From: Piromyces finnis finn
Taxonomy: Eukaryota > Fungi > Neocallimastigomycota
Direction: 5' to 3'
Length of the DNA: 64,000 nucleotides
Assembly: GCA_002104945.1 (NCBI GenBank)
Contig: MCFH01000033.1
Coordinates: forward strand, 434,001-498,000
Part shown: one piece after another, positions 13,714 through 28,236 of the stretch
How positions within the stretch are numbered: position 1 is the first letter of the stretch
Layout of the letters: the number at the start of each line of letters is the position of its first letter
Notes under the pieces: generated by a model
What the model saw: only the letters and a program-made list of their open reading frames with translations
The model's database searches: none
What the model was told of the DNA's origin: nothing
Made by a program: the position numbers and the translations under genes

Positions 13714-14161
13714 TGTCAAGATTTTAAGTGGAATCGAGTTTATAATTAAGTCTACTAGGTTAGGATAGGCTTAATTATATAGTAAAAATAATAAATTTTA
13801 AAATAAAGAATAATAAAAAATGATTTTTAAAGAATTGTTTTAATTAACCTATATTATATATATAATATATAAATGATAATTATTAATCTTTAAATATTGA
13901 ATTTATTATGAAAAATGTGTTTTAATATTGATATTAATAAGTAAAAGTAATATTAATAATTGTTTAAATGAATCTTATTTTACTAATTGACTTATTTAAT
14001 AGTAATTAATTATTACACTATTTATTAGTAAATAGTTTCTCAATTAATATTTATATTAAATAAACTATTATTAGTAAAATAGTATTAAATTAATATTTTA
14101 ATTAATTTAATTAATATGAAATTTCATGAAATGTCAAATTTCATGAATTGTGATTTTGACA
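13714..14161 (-). repeat. 5' LTR of element A (448 bp, internally deleted)
   Basis: Aligns to 7789-8486 but lacks the segment with the predicted TSS. Confidence 0.85.
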
Positions 14162-15298
<1,137 letters not shown>

Positions 15299-15969
15299 GT
15301 TTCGCGATTATTGTACTACTTATATCACGATTTATTAAAACAATAGTTTTTTTCCCAATTAGATAATCCATTTTATTTTTTTTTTTAATTATAATTTATA
15401 CTTTTTTTCTTTTTTTTCTAAATAAAAGTGTTCTTATATTTTAATTATTTATAAATATAATTTTATGAAAACATTTTATTTATGAATTAAAACAGGAATA
15501 AATATAATAAATACAATAGATATTTTCGTTATAATAATTAAAAAAAAATTATAATTCTTTATATATATAAGTTTTTTTTTTTTTTGGTAAAAAAGGATTA
15601 AAATTTTTTATTTTAACTTTATTTTTTTTTTTTCAAATAATATTTATATATAAATTATTTATTAATTATTAATATATAAATTTTCATAATAAATATTTTT
15701 AAATATCTTTTTGAAATTAATAACATTAAAAAATATATAAATATTTAATAACATTTAAAATTCTATGAAATAAATAGTAAAAAGTTTTTTATTAGAAAAA
15801 AAAAAATTTTTTTTTCATTTAATATATAAAATATTATGAAGTGATGCGTTATGAAATAAAATATCATAATGCTTTTATTTATTTTGAGGTTGTGGTAATA
15901 AGGAATTATGCTGAAATAATATATTTCAGTTATTAATAATTATGAGATATAGTTATTTATTTATTTATT

Positions 15970-16010
<41 letters not shown>

Positions 16011-16725
16011 AACAAAATAAGCCTTTTATTATTATTAAATATTTATCTTTATTTATTAAAATATATTATAATTAATATTTATACATTTATTTATTATTAA
16101 TAATACATTTTTTAAAATAACTATATTTCCTATATAAATATACTATTTATTCACTATTAATATTACTAAACTATTACTAAAATTCTTCTCACTTATTATT
16201 TTATTATATCTTATTATCTTCGGAACTTAATTATAAAATCAAGAACATTATTTTAAATTATTTAATTATTTATATTTATATTAGTATATTAGTACATATT
16301 AAATATTTTTTTATTAAAGTTATTATTAATTTATTATTATCTTAACCCTTATGCGAATTGACCTTGAGTATATGCCAAAAGTAGTATTTTCTGTTCGTCA
16401 CGTATCAGAAGTAGTATTAATGTTCATAATGATGATTATCCAAAATTTTGATATTTTGTTTAATTTATTAATAGCAAACTGAACATTAATATTAATATTT
16501 TAATTTTTGAGAATATTTAGAGAAATAATAATAAATATTAACTTTCTAATTTAATATATTAATTACAATATTATAATGAACATCTTTTACAAATTAAAAA
16601 GTATTTATTAAATAGAAATTTTCAATGTAACTATTATTATTTTTTATACATTATTGTAATAAGATTTTATTTCTTATTATAACAAAAATAATAATTTAAA
16701 TTATATTTATTTTTCCTTAAAATAG

Positions 16726-16797
16726 AGGTCCTACCGAGATTCGAACTCGGGTTGTTGGATTCAGAGTCCAAAGTGCTAGCCACTACACTATAGAACC
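16726..16797 (-). tRNA. tRNA-Gln(CTG), intronless
   Basis: GGTTCTA/TAGGACC acceptor stem, anticodon arm TTGGA-CTCTGAA-TCCAA, T-loop GTTCGAATC; 72 nt. Confidence 0.95.
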
Positions 16798-17376
16798 AAC
16801 TCATATTTTTTTGATACGTGATAAAATTATATAGTTAAAAATATTAAATTTATATAGTTATTTTTAAGGGTTAGCAATTATTTAAGAAAAATAATAATTT
16901 AATCTATTATTGAATAACCAATAAAATATTATAAAAATTTTATATAAAAATAACAAAAATTCACTTTTATTAAGAAAAGAGAGTTCTTTGATAAATATAA
17001 TTAATTATTGAGAATTTTTATATCTGTTTTAACTAAAAATATTTTTTATATTAAATATATAAATGTACTTAAAATTATTTTTATTAATAAAATAAAAGAG
17101 AAAGTTACAAATAAGATTTTTTTTTATGTTTAATCCTTTTTTTTTCTTATATTCAAATACTTTGTGTATAAATTGTTAAAAATAATAAAAGTAAAAGCAA
17201 AATAATTAATAACACTAAAAAATAATTATTAGTTATAATATAAATAAATATACAAATAATCATTTTTTTTATTCTTTTATTAGAATATATTATTTTGTAT
17301 AAATCCCTTTTGTTCGACTCCTGGAAATAAAATAAATAATTAAATTTATGGTATTATTAAATAATACGTACCATTT

Positions 17377-18184
17377 TGATAAATAATGAAATTAATAAAT
17401 ATAAAATTATTATTATACCTGATTTTTAAGTTAACCCTAAAAGTAACTTAAAACAAGTTATAGTTTAAGTACTTTACCAAAATTCTTAAATAAAATTAAT
17501 CCTAAACACTGCATATATTTTGATTATTGAAAGAAAATAATAAACTTTAATTAATCGAGATCAAAATATATAACTCTTGTTAAATTAATTGTTAAATTAA
17601 ATATTTAATAACTTTCGTTAGTAAATTACACTTTAAAAGTAAACAAATATAATAATTCATGTTATAAAATAATATAATTAAACACCTTTATTAAAACATT
17701 AAAAATAATTATTACTTTAATTAATTGTAAAATAAACAACTTTTTATATTCTTTAACTTTTAATTATTTCTTTTATTGTTATTTCTAATTACTTTTATTA
17801 CTTTTATTGTAAATAGTTATTAATTTTATTGTTTTAATGTAAATAGTTTAAATTCAAAAGAAAATATAAATACATGTAAATATTCTTATTTTAATTATTA
17901 TTATTATTATTAATAAAGAAATATTATATAGTTAGATTAATATTTTATAATTTTAATAATCACTTTTATACTTAAATAAATAAAATTTTAAATATTTAAA
18001 TATTAGAAAAACAAGTGTTTCTAATAAAACAATTTAGTGTTTTAACAAAACAATTTTATTAATTTTTATAAAAACGATTTTAAATCTTAATCAATATAAC
18101 TTATATAGTTATAACAAAAGATATAATATAATAATCACTTTTTGAAGTAAAATTCAAAATTAAGATTATTATCAAATTATATCA
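17377..18184 (+). repeat. 5' LTR of D
   Basis: Near-identical to 45978-46789. Confidence 0.93.
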
Positions 18185-18185
18185 A

Positions 18186-18202
18186 TGGTCCTTCGAACCG
18201 GA
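18186..18202 (+). promoter_or_regulatory. PBS of D, complementary to a tRNA-Tyr 3' end
   Basis: TGGTCCTTCGAACCGGA is the reverse complement of TCCGGTTCGAAGGA-CCA (G72/A73 pattern of eukaryotic tRNA-Tyr). Confidence 0.8.
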
Positions 18203-18561
18203 GAATCAAAATAAGGTAAATATATAAATTTTCTTTATATAAAAATTTCATATAGAATAGTAAAATATTCTATGAAATTAATTAAATAACCAAGTTATAA
18301 TAGTATAGAATAGATAGTTAATAGAATAGTTAAATATTCTCAATATTTTATCTATTTAGAAATTATAACTTATTAAATAATAAAATAATATTAAAATAAT
18401 AAATCAATATTCAATATTGAAATATTATTTAAATATTATTAAATCAATATTAAAATAAAATAAATAAATTATAATACTTAATAGTATAGTATTAATATAG
18501 TAAATTGATATATAAACATTATATATTTGATAAAATATATAGATATTTTAAATAAGAAAAG

Positions 18562-18598
<37 letters not shown>

Positions 18599-20160
18599 GT
18601 ATAGAAAAATTATTAGATAAATAGATTGATAATATTATAAATAAGATAGTTGAAAGAATTAATTATAATAATAAAATAGGTATATATACATTAGATATAT
18701 ATACATAAAAATAAATATATAATAAAAATAAATCAAAATAATAATAAATAAAGATTTAAGTATATATATATATAAAATATATATACACCAAACAAACCAA
18801 AAAAAAAAAAAAAATTATAAATATAAAACTTTATAAATAAAAATACTTGTAAAAATATACTAGGAGCGTATAGAGCTCATATACAGAGTTTCAGTGTATA
18901 ATTAACTAGTTTCAGTTGGTTAGAAACTATAGCTGTTAATCACTGAAGTATTTGTAAAAGTAGGACGAGTGTGAATAGCACGCTTACTTGGGAGAAGGGA
19001 TTGTTAGTGTGATAAAAAGCACGCAATACAGGACTCTCAAGTTGAATACTTTTGTGAACTCTGGCGAATAAGGAACTTTAGTCACCGAAGGCTAAAGGTT
19101 TGTCGTGAAGGTAAAGCGACATAAAAATATATAGTTTAAATTTATTTTGAGGTCTAGTATATCACCTCTAGTTAGTAGCTTTTGCCGGTTAATTAAATTG
19201 TTGTAAGGCACTAAAAAGCGAAAAATAAATCCTGTAAATAAAGTTTTATATTTAATTATTTTTTTTAAAAAAAAGAAAAAGAAATACATAAATTATAATT
19301 ATAAATTAATAATTATAATTTATAAATTAAAGATAAAAATTATTTAATTATAAAATATAATCATCGGTCAAATAAAATTAAAAGTATTGTTATAAATTTT
19401 AAATAATAAAAGCAATAATATTGAGTTGTCTTTTTAGTTAATTTTCAGCGAAAAATAACTTTTGTTTATCTTTTCGGTTAATTAATTACTAAGATAATTA
19501 AAGTGTTTTATAGTAAGTTAGTAAGAGTGCAGTTTTATCACATATCGTGGGGGAGTAGAGCGCTAACTAATAAGTAAATATTACACCACTTAATATTTAT
19601 GACGGTTAGTTAGTGGAGGTCGAAAGGCACGGTGACGAAACTGTCGGGTACTCTGAAGGTACTATAATAACATAATCAATATTATTTTCTGCTTTATAAT
19701 AAAGAAATAAAAATAAACATCCTACTCTAAATTAAATATTTTTTTTAACAATACTAATATATAAATAACTTAATATAAATAAAATATATTCTTAACATTT
19801 TCTCAAAAAAAATAAAATCTTCTTAATTACAATAAAACTAAAGCAAGTGTCTACAAGTGTTTACAAACAACAACCAATTACTCCTTTTATATTACATTAT
19901 ATAAACGTTATATAAGATTATATTTTATTAATAACAGTAATAAATAAAATACCTGTAAATAAAATTATATTATTGTAAATAAAGACTATTGTAAATAAAA
20001 ACATATTACTGTACTTATAACTAAATTATTGTAAATAAAGATTGTTGTAAATAAAAACATATTATTGTTCTTATAACTAAATTATTGAGAATAAATAAAA
20101 ATTGAGTTTTTAAATAAAATATTAAAATAAAATTAAATAAAATAAAAATAAAAAGTAATA

Positions 20161-21129
20161 ATGGATAATACTACTAAAGGTATTACCTTTAAAAGAATAC
20201 CTATTTTGGGTTCAACAAAGGTTGAATTTGATGATTGGGAATTTTCTTTCAAACATTGGTGTAATTTATATAAGATACCAGAACAAGAAAAGTTAGAATA
20301 CCTTATATCATTAACTACAGGTACAGCTAGAACAATTGTAGTTAATGCATTAAATAAAGAAACACCAGATGATTATAATACCATCATCAAAAACCTTAAA
20401 AGTCATTTTAAAGGTTCAGTACCAAAGAATTCTAGATTATTAGAATTGTCTACTATTACAATAAAGAAAAATGAAAGTGTATCTGAATTCAATATTAAAT
20501 TTGACTCTTTAATAAATAAAACAAACTTAAAAATGTCAAATGAAATCATATTGTCCTACTATATTAATGCTTTTAGAAACCTTACTAAAACTTACGAAGC
20601 ACTTTTAGAAGCTGAACCAAAAAGTTTAGAAGAAGCCAGAAACATTACTATTAAGAAAGAGAAAATTTTCAATATAGTTGAAGAAAATAGACCAAAAATA
20701 AGAACTTCCATTAGTTCTAGAAGGTCTCCAAATGATAATAATGCTCAAAGAAATAATGATAGAGCATATTCAAATAATTTTAATAGTTATAACCGAATGA
20801 ATAACAATAACACTACTCAAAATAGTTTTAAAAATTATAATAATAGAAATTATACTAATAACTACAGAAATAATAATTATAATAGTAATATTCAAAATAA
20901 TAACTACAATAATGATAACAATAATTATTCAAGATTTAATAATATTAATCAAAACGTTGAGCAAAGAAGAAGTACCTTAAAATACCCACAAAATAATGAT
21001 GATGAGTTAAAAGAAATAACTCAAAAGCTTGCTGACCTAAAAATTAATGTTTGCTTAAATTGTAAAAGAATAGGTCATACTACGAATGATTGTCAAGAAT
21101 TAGATGACGAATACAATCATTTAAACTAA
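20161..21129 (+). CDS. Element D gag with CCHC zinc knuckle
   Basis: 322 aa; CLNCKRIGHTTNDC. Confidence 0.88.
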   Translation: MDNTTKGITFKRIPILGSTKVEFDDWEFSFKHWCNLYKIPEQEKLEYLISLTTGTARTIVVNALNKETPDDYNTIIKNLKSHFKGSVPKNSRLLELSTITIKKNESVSEFNIKFDSLINKTNLKMSNEIILSYYINAFRNLTKTYEALLEAEPKSLEEARNITIKKEKIFNIVEENRPKIRTSISSRRSPNDNNAQRNNDRAYSNNFNSYNRMNNNNTTQNSFKNYNNRNYTNNYRNNNYNSNIQNNNYNNDNNNYSRFNNINQNVEQRRSTLKYPQNNDDELKEITQKLADLKINVCLNCKRIGHTTNDCQELDDEYNHLN

Positions 21130-21169
21130 ATAATGGGAGTAAGCAATCTCCCATAAAAATTAAAATTGC
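21120..21169 (+). promoter_or_regulatory. -1 ribosomal frameshift signal of D
   Basis: T TTA AAC heptamer at the gag end, 7-nt spacer, stem TGGGAG/CTCCCA; the -1 frame is open from here into the 21423 ORF. Confidence 0.8.
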
Positions 21170-22758
21170 AAATAGTTCACAAAATACACAAGAAGCACAA
21201 ATAAATCCCAATATCTCTAATGAAAATAATTATTCTATTAATGCGGCTCAAAAGAAGAAAATAAATGTTAAAACAGTAGATAAAAATAAAATATCACCAA
21301 ATAATAAAAGTATTGTCAAACCCTCAATACTTAACCAACCTAATATTAGGAATTTAAAACAACAAAAGAAGGCTATTAGAGATACTCGTAGAAGAAAAAT
21401 TAGCGAAGATAAAGATGAAGTTATGGAAGAAACCCCAAATGAAGAAATAGAAATAGAAAGTGAAGAAGAACAAAATAATACAAATGAAATACCTTTAGAA
21501 GAAGTTACTAATACAAAAGAACATATCCAACCTATTGAAATTAATAACTCTAATGATTCTACCAATGAAGAAACTTTTAAAAATAATAATGAAACAAGTG
21601 ATGTAAAAGTAAAGAAAAATTCTGTCAAAACCAAAGTAACCACAAAAAGAAATATGACAGAAATACAAATGTTAAAAACCAAAGATAAATTTAGTATAAT
21701 TAAAGAAGCAAATAATTTATATCCAAAAATAAGTCTTTCCCAATTACTTTCTGCTAGTCCATCACTTAGAAAAGAATTAGAACAAGGATGTAAACCTAAA
21801 GTTGAAAAAGTGATGTACTCCTTTAATAACTCTAATATTCCATTAATAATTGGTGATATAGATGGAAAATATTTAAAAATTCTTTATGATACTGGCGCAA
21901 ATGTCAATATCATTACTACAAATGGTTTTAATAAACTATCAAATAAAAATATTGAAAAAAGTGATGAGGAACAAAATATAACTATTGCTAATGGTACTAC
22001 TGTTCCTACAAATGTTTTTACTACTTTAAAAATAAATATTAATAATTGTTGTACTATTTTAGAAAAATTTTATATTATTGAACAAAGTAATCCATACTTT
22101 GATATAATTTTTGGAAGAGGTATTCAAAAGAAATACCGTTTATTTATTGACCCTGATGATGATTATATATACCAGAAAACTAAAAAAGGTTTAAAGAAAA
22201 TTACAAACATTATCAATAGTAATGTTAATGATGCTAATGATATTCCCTTAATGAATTCTATAATTATTTCAAAAGAAGAAAACCAAGAATTTCAAGATAC
22301 GTTAAAAGAAATCTTAAATTCAACACCTGATAATATTAAATCAAAATTTGAACACATTATAAATAAATATAAAAATTGTATGGCTACATCAATGTCTCAA
22401 TTAACTACTGCGGATTTAGAACCTCATTCTATAATTACTACTACTAATAAACCAATAAAATTAAAACCTTATAAATTATCTAAGGAACATGCTGATATTT
22501 TAAAAAGTGAAATTCTTTCATTACTTGATAAAGGTTTAATTACTCCTTCTCACTCTCCATGGTCATTTCCAGTTTTACTTGTACAAAAGAAAAATGGTAA
22601 ATGGAGAATGTGTATTGATTATAGAAGACTTAATGAAATTACTATTAAGGATTCTTATGCACTTCCTTTTATTGATGAATTAATATCTTCTGTTAATGGT
22701 GCAAAAATATTTTCTGCTTTAGATTTATATTCTGGCTACCACCAAATTCCTATGAACT

Positions 22759-23546
22759 TGTAAAGATATAATATATATCTTTAGATTATTTAATAATTAA
22801 TTATTAATTATTAAATAATAAATTAATATTTAGTAAAACTGATTATAAAATTTTTGAGTAAATTTTATGGAATAATTTAATAATAAATTATTTTATAATA
22901 ATTCCGTTAAATTTAAATTAAGATAAATATTTAAGTTTAAGGAATAAAAGAATTTTAATTAAATTTAAATATTTCAAATATTTAAAATAATTAAAATATT
23001 TTTTAAATACTTTTTATTTAATTTTAGAATAGATTATACTTTTTTATTTAAATTTAGAATAGCTTAATAATTTTAACTTAGTTTTAAAAATAGATTTATT
23101 TATATTTCAATAGGAAATATATTAAGAATAGTATTGGTAATATTAAATTAATTTATAGAAAATACATGGGCTTTATTCAATTTTGAGTTTACTCAAATTG
23201 AATTAAAAGTATAATGAATTAGTTTAGTTTAGTTCTGTTATTTTATTATTTAATTAAATTAGTTTTGTTTATTTTATATTAAATATATGTTTATTTAAAT
23301 AGAATAATATATTAGAATATAATTATGAAAAAATATAAATACATGTAATTTTTATTTGTTAAATCGATGTAATTGTTATTTTCAATTTTTTAATTATTAA
23401 CTATTATATAGCTAATAATATTTTTAAGAGTTTAAATAAAATGTTTTCTTAAAATAAAAATTTAATGTTTTATTTTTTTATTTTTGTGTTAATAAAAATT
23501 ATTTTGTTTTAAGTATGAAATCTGTTTTAAATTTTATACTTTTACA
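22759..23546 (+). mobile_element. Solo LTR, C-related family, inside D RT
   Basis: TGTAAAG..TTTTACA; TSD GAACT/GAACC; interrupts HQIPMN|PNDIEKT. Confidence 0.88.
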
Positions 23547-25375
23547 GAACCCAAATGATATTGAAAAAACTACTTTTACAACGAAATTTGGTAATTATAA
23601 TTTTAAAGTAATGCCATTTGGTTTAACTAATGCTCCCGCTACTTTCCAGCGAGAAATGAATAGGATTCTCTTACCATTAATTGGTAAATGTCTTTTTGTT
23701 TACATTGATGATATTGTTGTTTATTCTAAATCACCAGAAGAACATCTTTATCATTTGCAACAAGTTTTTGAAATATTATCTAAATATAATCTTTCTCTTA
23801 ATTTACAAAAATGTAAATTCTTTCAAGAAAAGGTAGAAGTACTAGGACATGTACTTACACCTAACGGATTAAAAACTGTTCCTTCTAAAGTTCAAAGTAT
23901 TGCTTTATGGAATGCTCCAAGAAATGTTAATGAACTAAGATCATTCCTAGGTTTAGCTAGTTACTACCGCAAATTTATTCAAAATTTTTCTATTAGAGCA
24001 AGCTCTCTTTTTAATTTATTAAAGAAAGACCAAGAATATATTTGGTCACAAGAATGTAATAATGCTTTTGAAGATATCCGACAATGTCTATTAAGTGATC
24101 CTATTTTAAGTTATCCTGATTTTAATAAAGAATTTATTATTCGTACTGATGCATCAACTAATGGCATTGGTGCTGTACTCTTACAGGTGGAGGGGGACAA
24201 ATTGGAACATCCAATTTGTTGTATTAGTCGTACTTTATCTACTTCAGAAAAGAATTATTCTGTTACTGACCTTGAAGGATTAGCTATTTACTATGCAATT
24301 CTACAATTTCGCCAATATATCATAAGTAATAAAAATCCTACCATATTAATTACGGATCATAAACCATTACTGGGATTTTATAAAAAGAATATTCCATCAA
24401 AAGGTAGACATGCAAGATGGATTGAAGAATTTAATAAATATAAAATTGAATTAAAATATGATAAAGGAAAGAAAAATGTTTTCGCGGATGCCCTTTCAAG
24501 ATTACCTTCTAAAAATTCTGATGAAATAGTAAATTGTGCTTATGCAATTTTGTCTGATTTTAATCCAAGAGATTTAGACTTACCTGAAGGAATAAAAAAA
24601 TATTTTACTAAAAATTATCAAGTTGTTGATAATACTCTTTGTAAAGATATAATATATATCTTTAAATTATTTAATAATTAATTAATAATTATTAAATAAT
24701 AATTTTGATATTTTAATGAAAAATTATTTATTTATAAAATTTATTATATAAATTTTAAGGAATAATTAAATAAATATTAATTTTAAAATATCAAAATTGG
24801 AAATGAAATTTGGATAAATATTTAAATTAATGGATAATTAAATTTAAATATTTTAAATATTCAAATTAAATCTTAAAAAGTTCTTATTTAATTAAAAATA
24901 GTTTAATAACTTTAGCGTAGTTTTAAATTAGTATTTTTTAATAGTAAATATATAATAAATAGTATTATTAATATTTAATTAATATATAGGTAATACATGG
25001 ACTGTATTCAATTTGTAGTTTACTCAAATTGAATCAAAAGTGTATTTAATTAGTTTTAGTTTAGTTTTATTATTTTATTATTTAATTAAATTAGTATTAA
25101 ATTAGTTTTGTTTATTTTATATTGAATATATGCATAATTAAATAGAATAGTATATTAAAATATAATTTGTAAAAAATATAAATACATGAAAAATTTCATA
25201 GTTAAACGATGTAATTGTTATTGACTATAATTTAGTTAATAACTAAATAAGAACTAATAAAAAAGAAAAAAGAATATAAATAAATTTTGTTTTTGTTTTT
25301 AATTTTTTATTTTATTGTGTTTTTGTTTTATTGTAAAAAATTTTATAATCTGTTTTAAATTTTAAAACTTTTACA

Positions 25376-25386
25376 ATAACAATTAC
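25376..25386 (+). promoter_or_regulatory. Self-priming PBS of C (ATAACAATTAC)
   Basis: Perfect 11-nt complement GTAATTGTTAT at 25211-25221 in the LTR, 34 nt after TATAAA (25177). Confidence 0.85.
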
Positions 25387-25456
25387 CTTTTTTTTTTTAT
25401 AAAACACGTTATAAAATTTTTTTTTTAATAAAACATATTTAATATTTTTTTCTTAC

Positions 25457-25553
25457 CTACCGTGTCTTAGGAAATATCTACCGCGTCTAAAGGAATATCT
25501 ACTGTGTTTTAAAGGCGATCTACCGTGTCTTAGGAAATATCTACCGCGTTTAG
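25457..25553 (+). repeat. 21-bp tandem repeat (~4.6 copies) in the C leader
   Basis: CTACCGTGTCTTAGGAAATAT-like units; unit 1 equals unit 4. Confidence 0.9.
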
Positions 25554-25767
25554 ATTATTATTTTAGTATCATTCAAGCTTCCAACACTATTTGGTTACTG
25601 TATTTAATTTTGTTACTATATTTTTAAGAGCTCGTCTAACACCGTTTGATAGGATAGAGTTACGACGACATCTTAATTAAAATATTGTAAAAAATTAAAT
25701 AAGTAAAATATTAAGCATATTGGAGGAAATCAACCAACTCTTTTCTAACCTCCACTTAAACGAAAAT

Positions 25768-28190
25768 ATGGACCGTCAAGGGGCGTCTTTGAGGATAGTT
25801 AATGATCCTCCAACCTTTTCAGGAAGAAGACAAGAACTAGATGGGTTCTTGACCAGGGTTGAACTAGCCATTGAAGCCAACCCTGTGTAACGAATACTAG
25901 AAATAACTAAATTGTCTTAGTGGTTAGTAGCTAAGACTTTGAGTCTGAATGACACTAGTTCGAGACCTCATAGATACTATTTTAAAAAAATTATAATTTT
26001 ATTTTATATGAAGATTATTGATTGGTTAAGAATTTTAAGTTGAAAAATTTTATAAATTAATTTAAAAAATTTTTAGTATAAATACGAGTGAATTTTCCCA
26101 AATATTTTAAAGAATCGAGATTTTATTAATAAATAATTATATTATTAAACACTAACTTATTAAGTTAAATTCTATGTGTTTTTAATGATATTTTTATAAA
26201 TTAATAATTTACAGAATATTTTAAAGTGTTAATATTACTAAGTTATTTAGTAAATATTATAATTTGTTTTATTGTTAAAGACACATTTCTTTACAATAAA
26301 ATCTCCTTATAATATAAAAGCTTAATACCTTAGTGTTTAAGAAATTGTTATAGATAAAACTTTTAAGTTTTATTGTTGAAGCTTTTCTTTAAAGAAATAT
26401 TTTTACTTAAAGTAGTAGAATTAGTACGCTTTAGAAGCGGTATATAATTCAAACTATAAAAAGTAAAAGATTAACGGGATCGAGTTTAACCTGTACAATA
26501 ATTGGGTTGGCAGGCTCTGAGCTATTCTACTTTGAATAAGGAAGTAGGAGAATCCGAGGTACACCACGTACAAGACGCTGTAATAAGCAAGCTGGCGTGA
26601 GATTTATAGTTGTATACTATCTTTTGCTGTTTGATTATAGACCGGAAAATAGCCGGAAATGCCTTACTTTAATAAAATAATATTTCTTAATTAATACATT
26701 TTAAAATTAAGTTTTCTAATAAAACAATTTCTAATTTTTAATTATAATTATTAATTGTTAAGACAATTTATTAAAATTGTAATAATATAAAATAATATTC
26801 TTTATAACTCCTTTAGCGTGAGAAGTTAAACTCTTATACATAATACTTCTACGTTCGGATAAGGTTGATATAGGGAAAGAAAACCTGTAATAATTTTTAT
26901 TGCTAACAATAAGTTAGACACTAAAAAAAAAATTTTTACACCGTTCCTTTCTTTTATTAATTTAATTAATATTAACAATCGACTTTATACGTGTTATCGT
27001 GAAGAGCTACGAAGGACTTATTATAAAGAATAAAACAGGTTATATATTTGATGGTTTAACACTATATAATCTGGTTTATATTATTATTTAATAAAAAGAT
27101 TTACTCAATTAATAAATATAATTAAATACTTTATTCTATTATTTTTACAAATTTATTAAAGCTTATTAAAGAAAACATCATAAGTACTATGGAAGAGAAC
27201 GAAAACAACCACATGGATAATAATAATATTTTCGAAAACGCAACTCTTAAGGATGGTTTTGCAGGGGATCGCAGGTATCTGAAGGGTTTCTTAGCTAAGG
27301 TGGAGCTAGTGTTTATGCTATATCCTGAACGGTATCAAGACGACGCAACCAAAATTCTCTATATAATATCAAGACTTTATGGGGACGCTATGAATTGGGC
27401 TGCTACTCTTATAAACAACCATGATCCGTGTCTTAATAACTACCAAGCTTTTGTTGACAGGTTTAAGGCTTTTTATGGATATAACGATGCTACCTATGTT
27501 GCAAATCAAATGCTTAGAACCTTAAAACAACGCCGATTAGGAGGAATTAGAGGATATATCTTGGAATTTAACCGCTATGCTGATGAATCAAACTGGAATG
27601 AACAAGCCAAAATGGATGCATTTATAGCTGGCCTTAATCAACAAGTTGCAGTTCGTATTTTGGAAATGTTTCCGGGTCCTAGGGATCTTCTTTCATTACA
27701 GACTATTGCTTCAAGAATCGATTCAAGATTATCTACACATCATACCTTTTTCCCTTCTGGTTCAAACAATAACCAAAACCGAAAGAAAAGATCTTTTCAT
27801 CACTCTTCAAAAATAACAAAGTCCATTACAAACAGGAATAACCATGGCCCTATCTCAAACGAAGAAAAGGAAAGAAGAAAGAAAGAAAATCTTTGTGTGT
27901 ATTGTGGTGCTTCAAGTCATAAGCTTAATAATTGTCCAAAAAGAAAGAATAAAGATCGTGAAGATCCTTCACTAATATCTATTCCCACACTTATATCCGC
28001 TCCTAAAGAAGAAAACAAAACTCATAATAAAATGACAACTAAATTTAAACTTTCTTATGAACTAAATACGGATATTCTTATTGACTCAGGATCCAAACTT
28101 AATTTAATTGATGTAGATTACTGTAACGATAATAACATTCCTTATCATGATGATGGTAACCTCCCAAATATCGTTGGTATCGGTGGTCGA

Positions 28191-28236
<46 letters not shown>

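Larger units (their letters stand above)
7789..14161 (-). mobile_element. Ty3/gypsy LTR retrotransposon A, decayed
   Basis: LTRs with TGTCAA..TTGACA termini at 13714-14161 and 7789-8486; PPT (minus strand AGTGGAAGGGCGT) next to the 3' LTR; gag, PR, RT, RNase H, IN in gypsy order with several stops and frameshifts; no TSD found. Confidence 0.9.

Noticed and set aside
7789-14161. RIP-like hypermutation of element A
   Set aside because: Cannot be quantified by eye; neighbouring repeats C, E and F are essentially unmutated, which argues against efficient RIP
19600-19650. Hammerhead ribozyme suggested by GACGAAAC in the D leader
   Set aside because: No CTGANGA core at a compatible position
25914-25975. 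A bona fide tRNA-Gln gene in the E and F LTRs
   Set aside because: No acceptor stem or proper T-stem, and the TCTG(A/G)AT string is ~5-6 nt out of register for an anticodon; kept only as an A/B-box-like module
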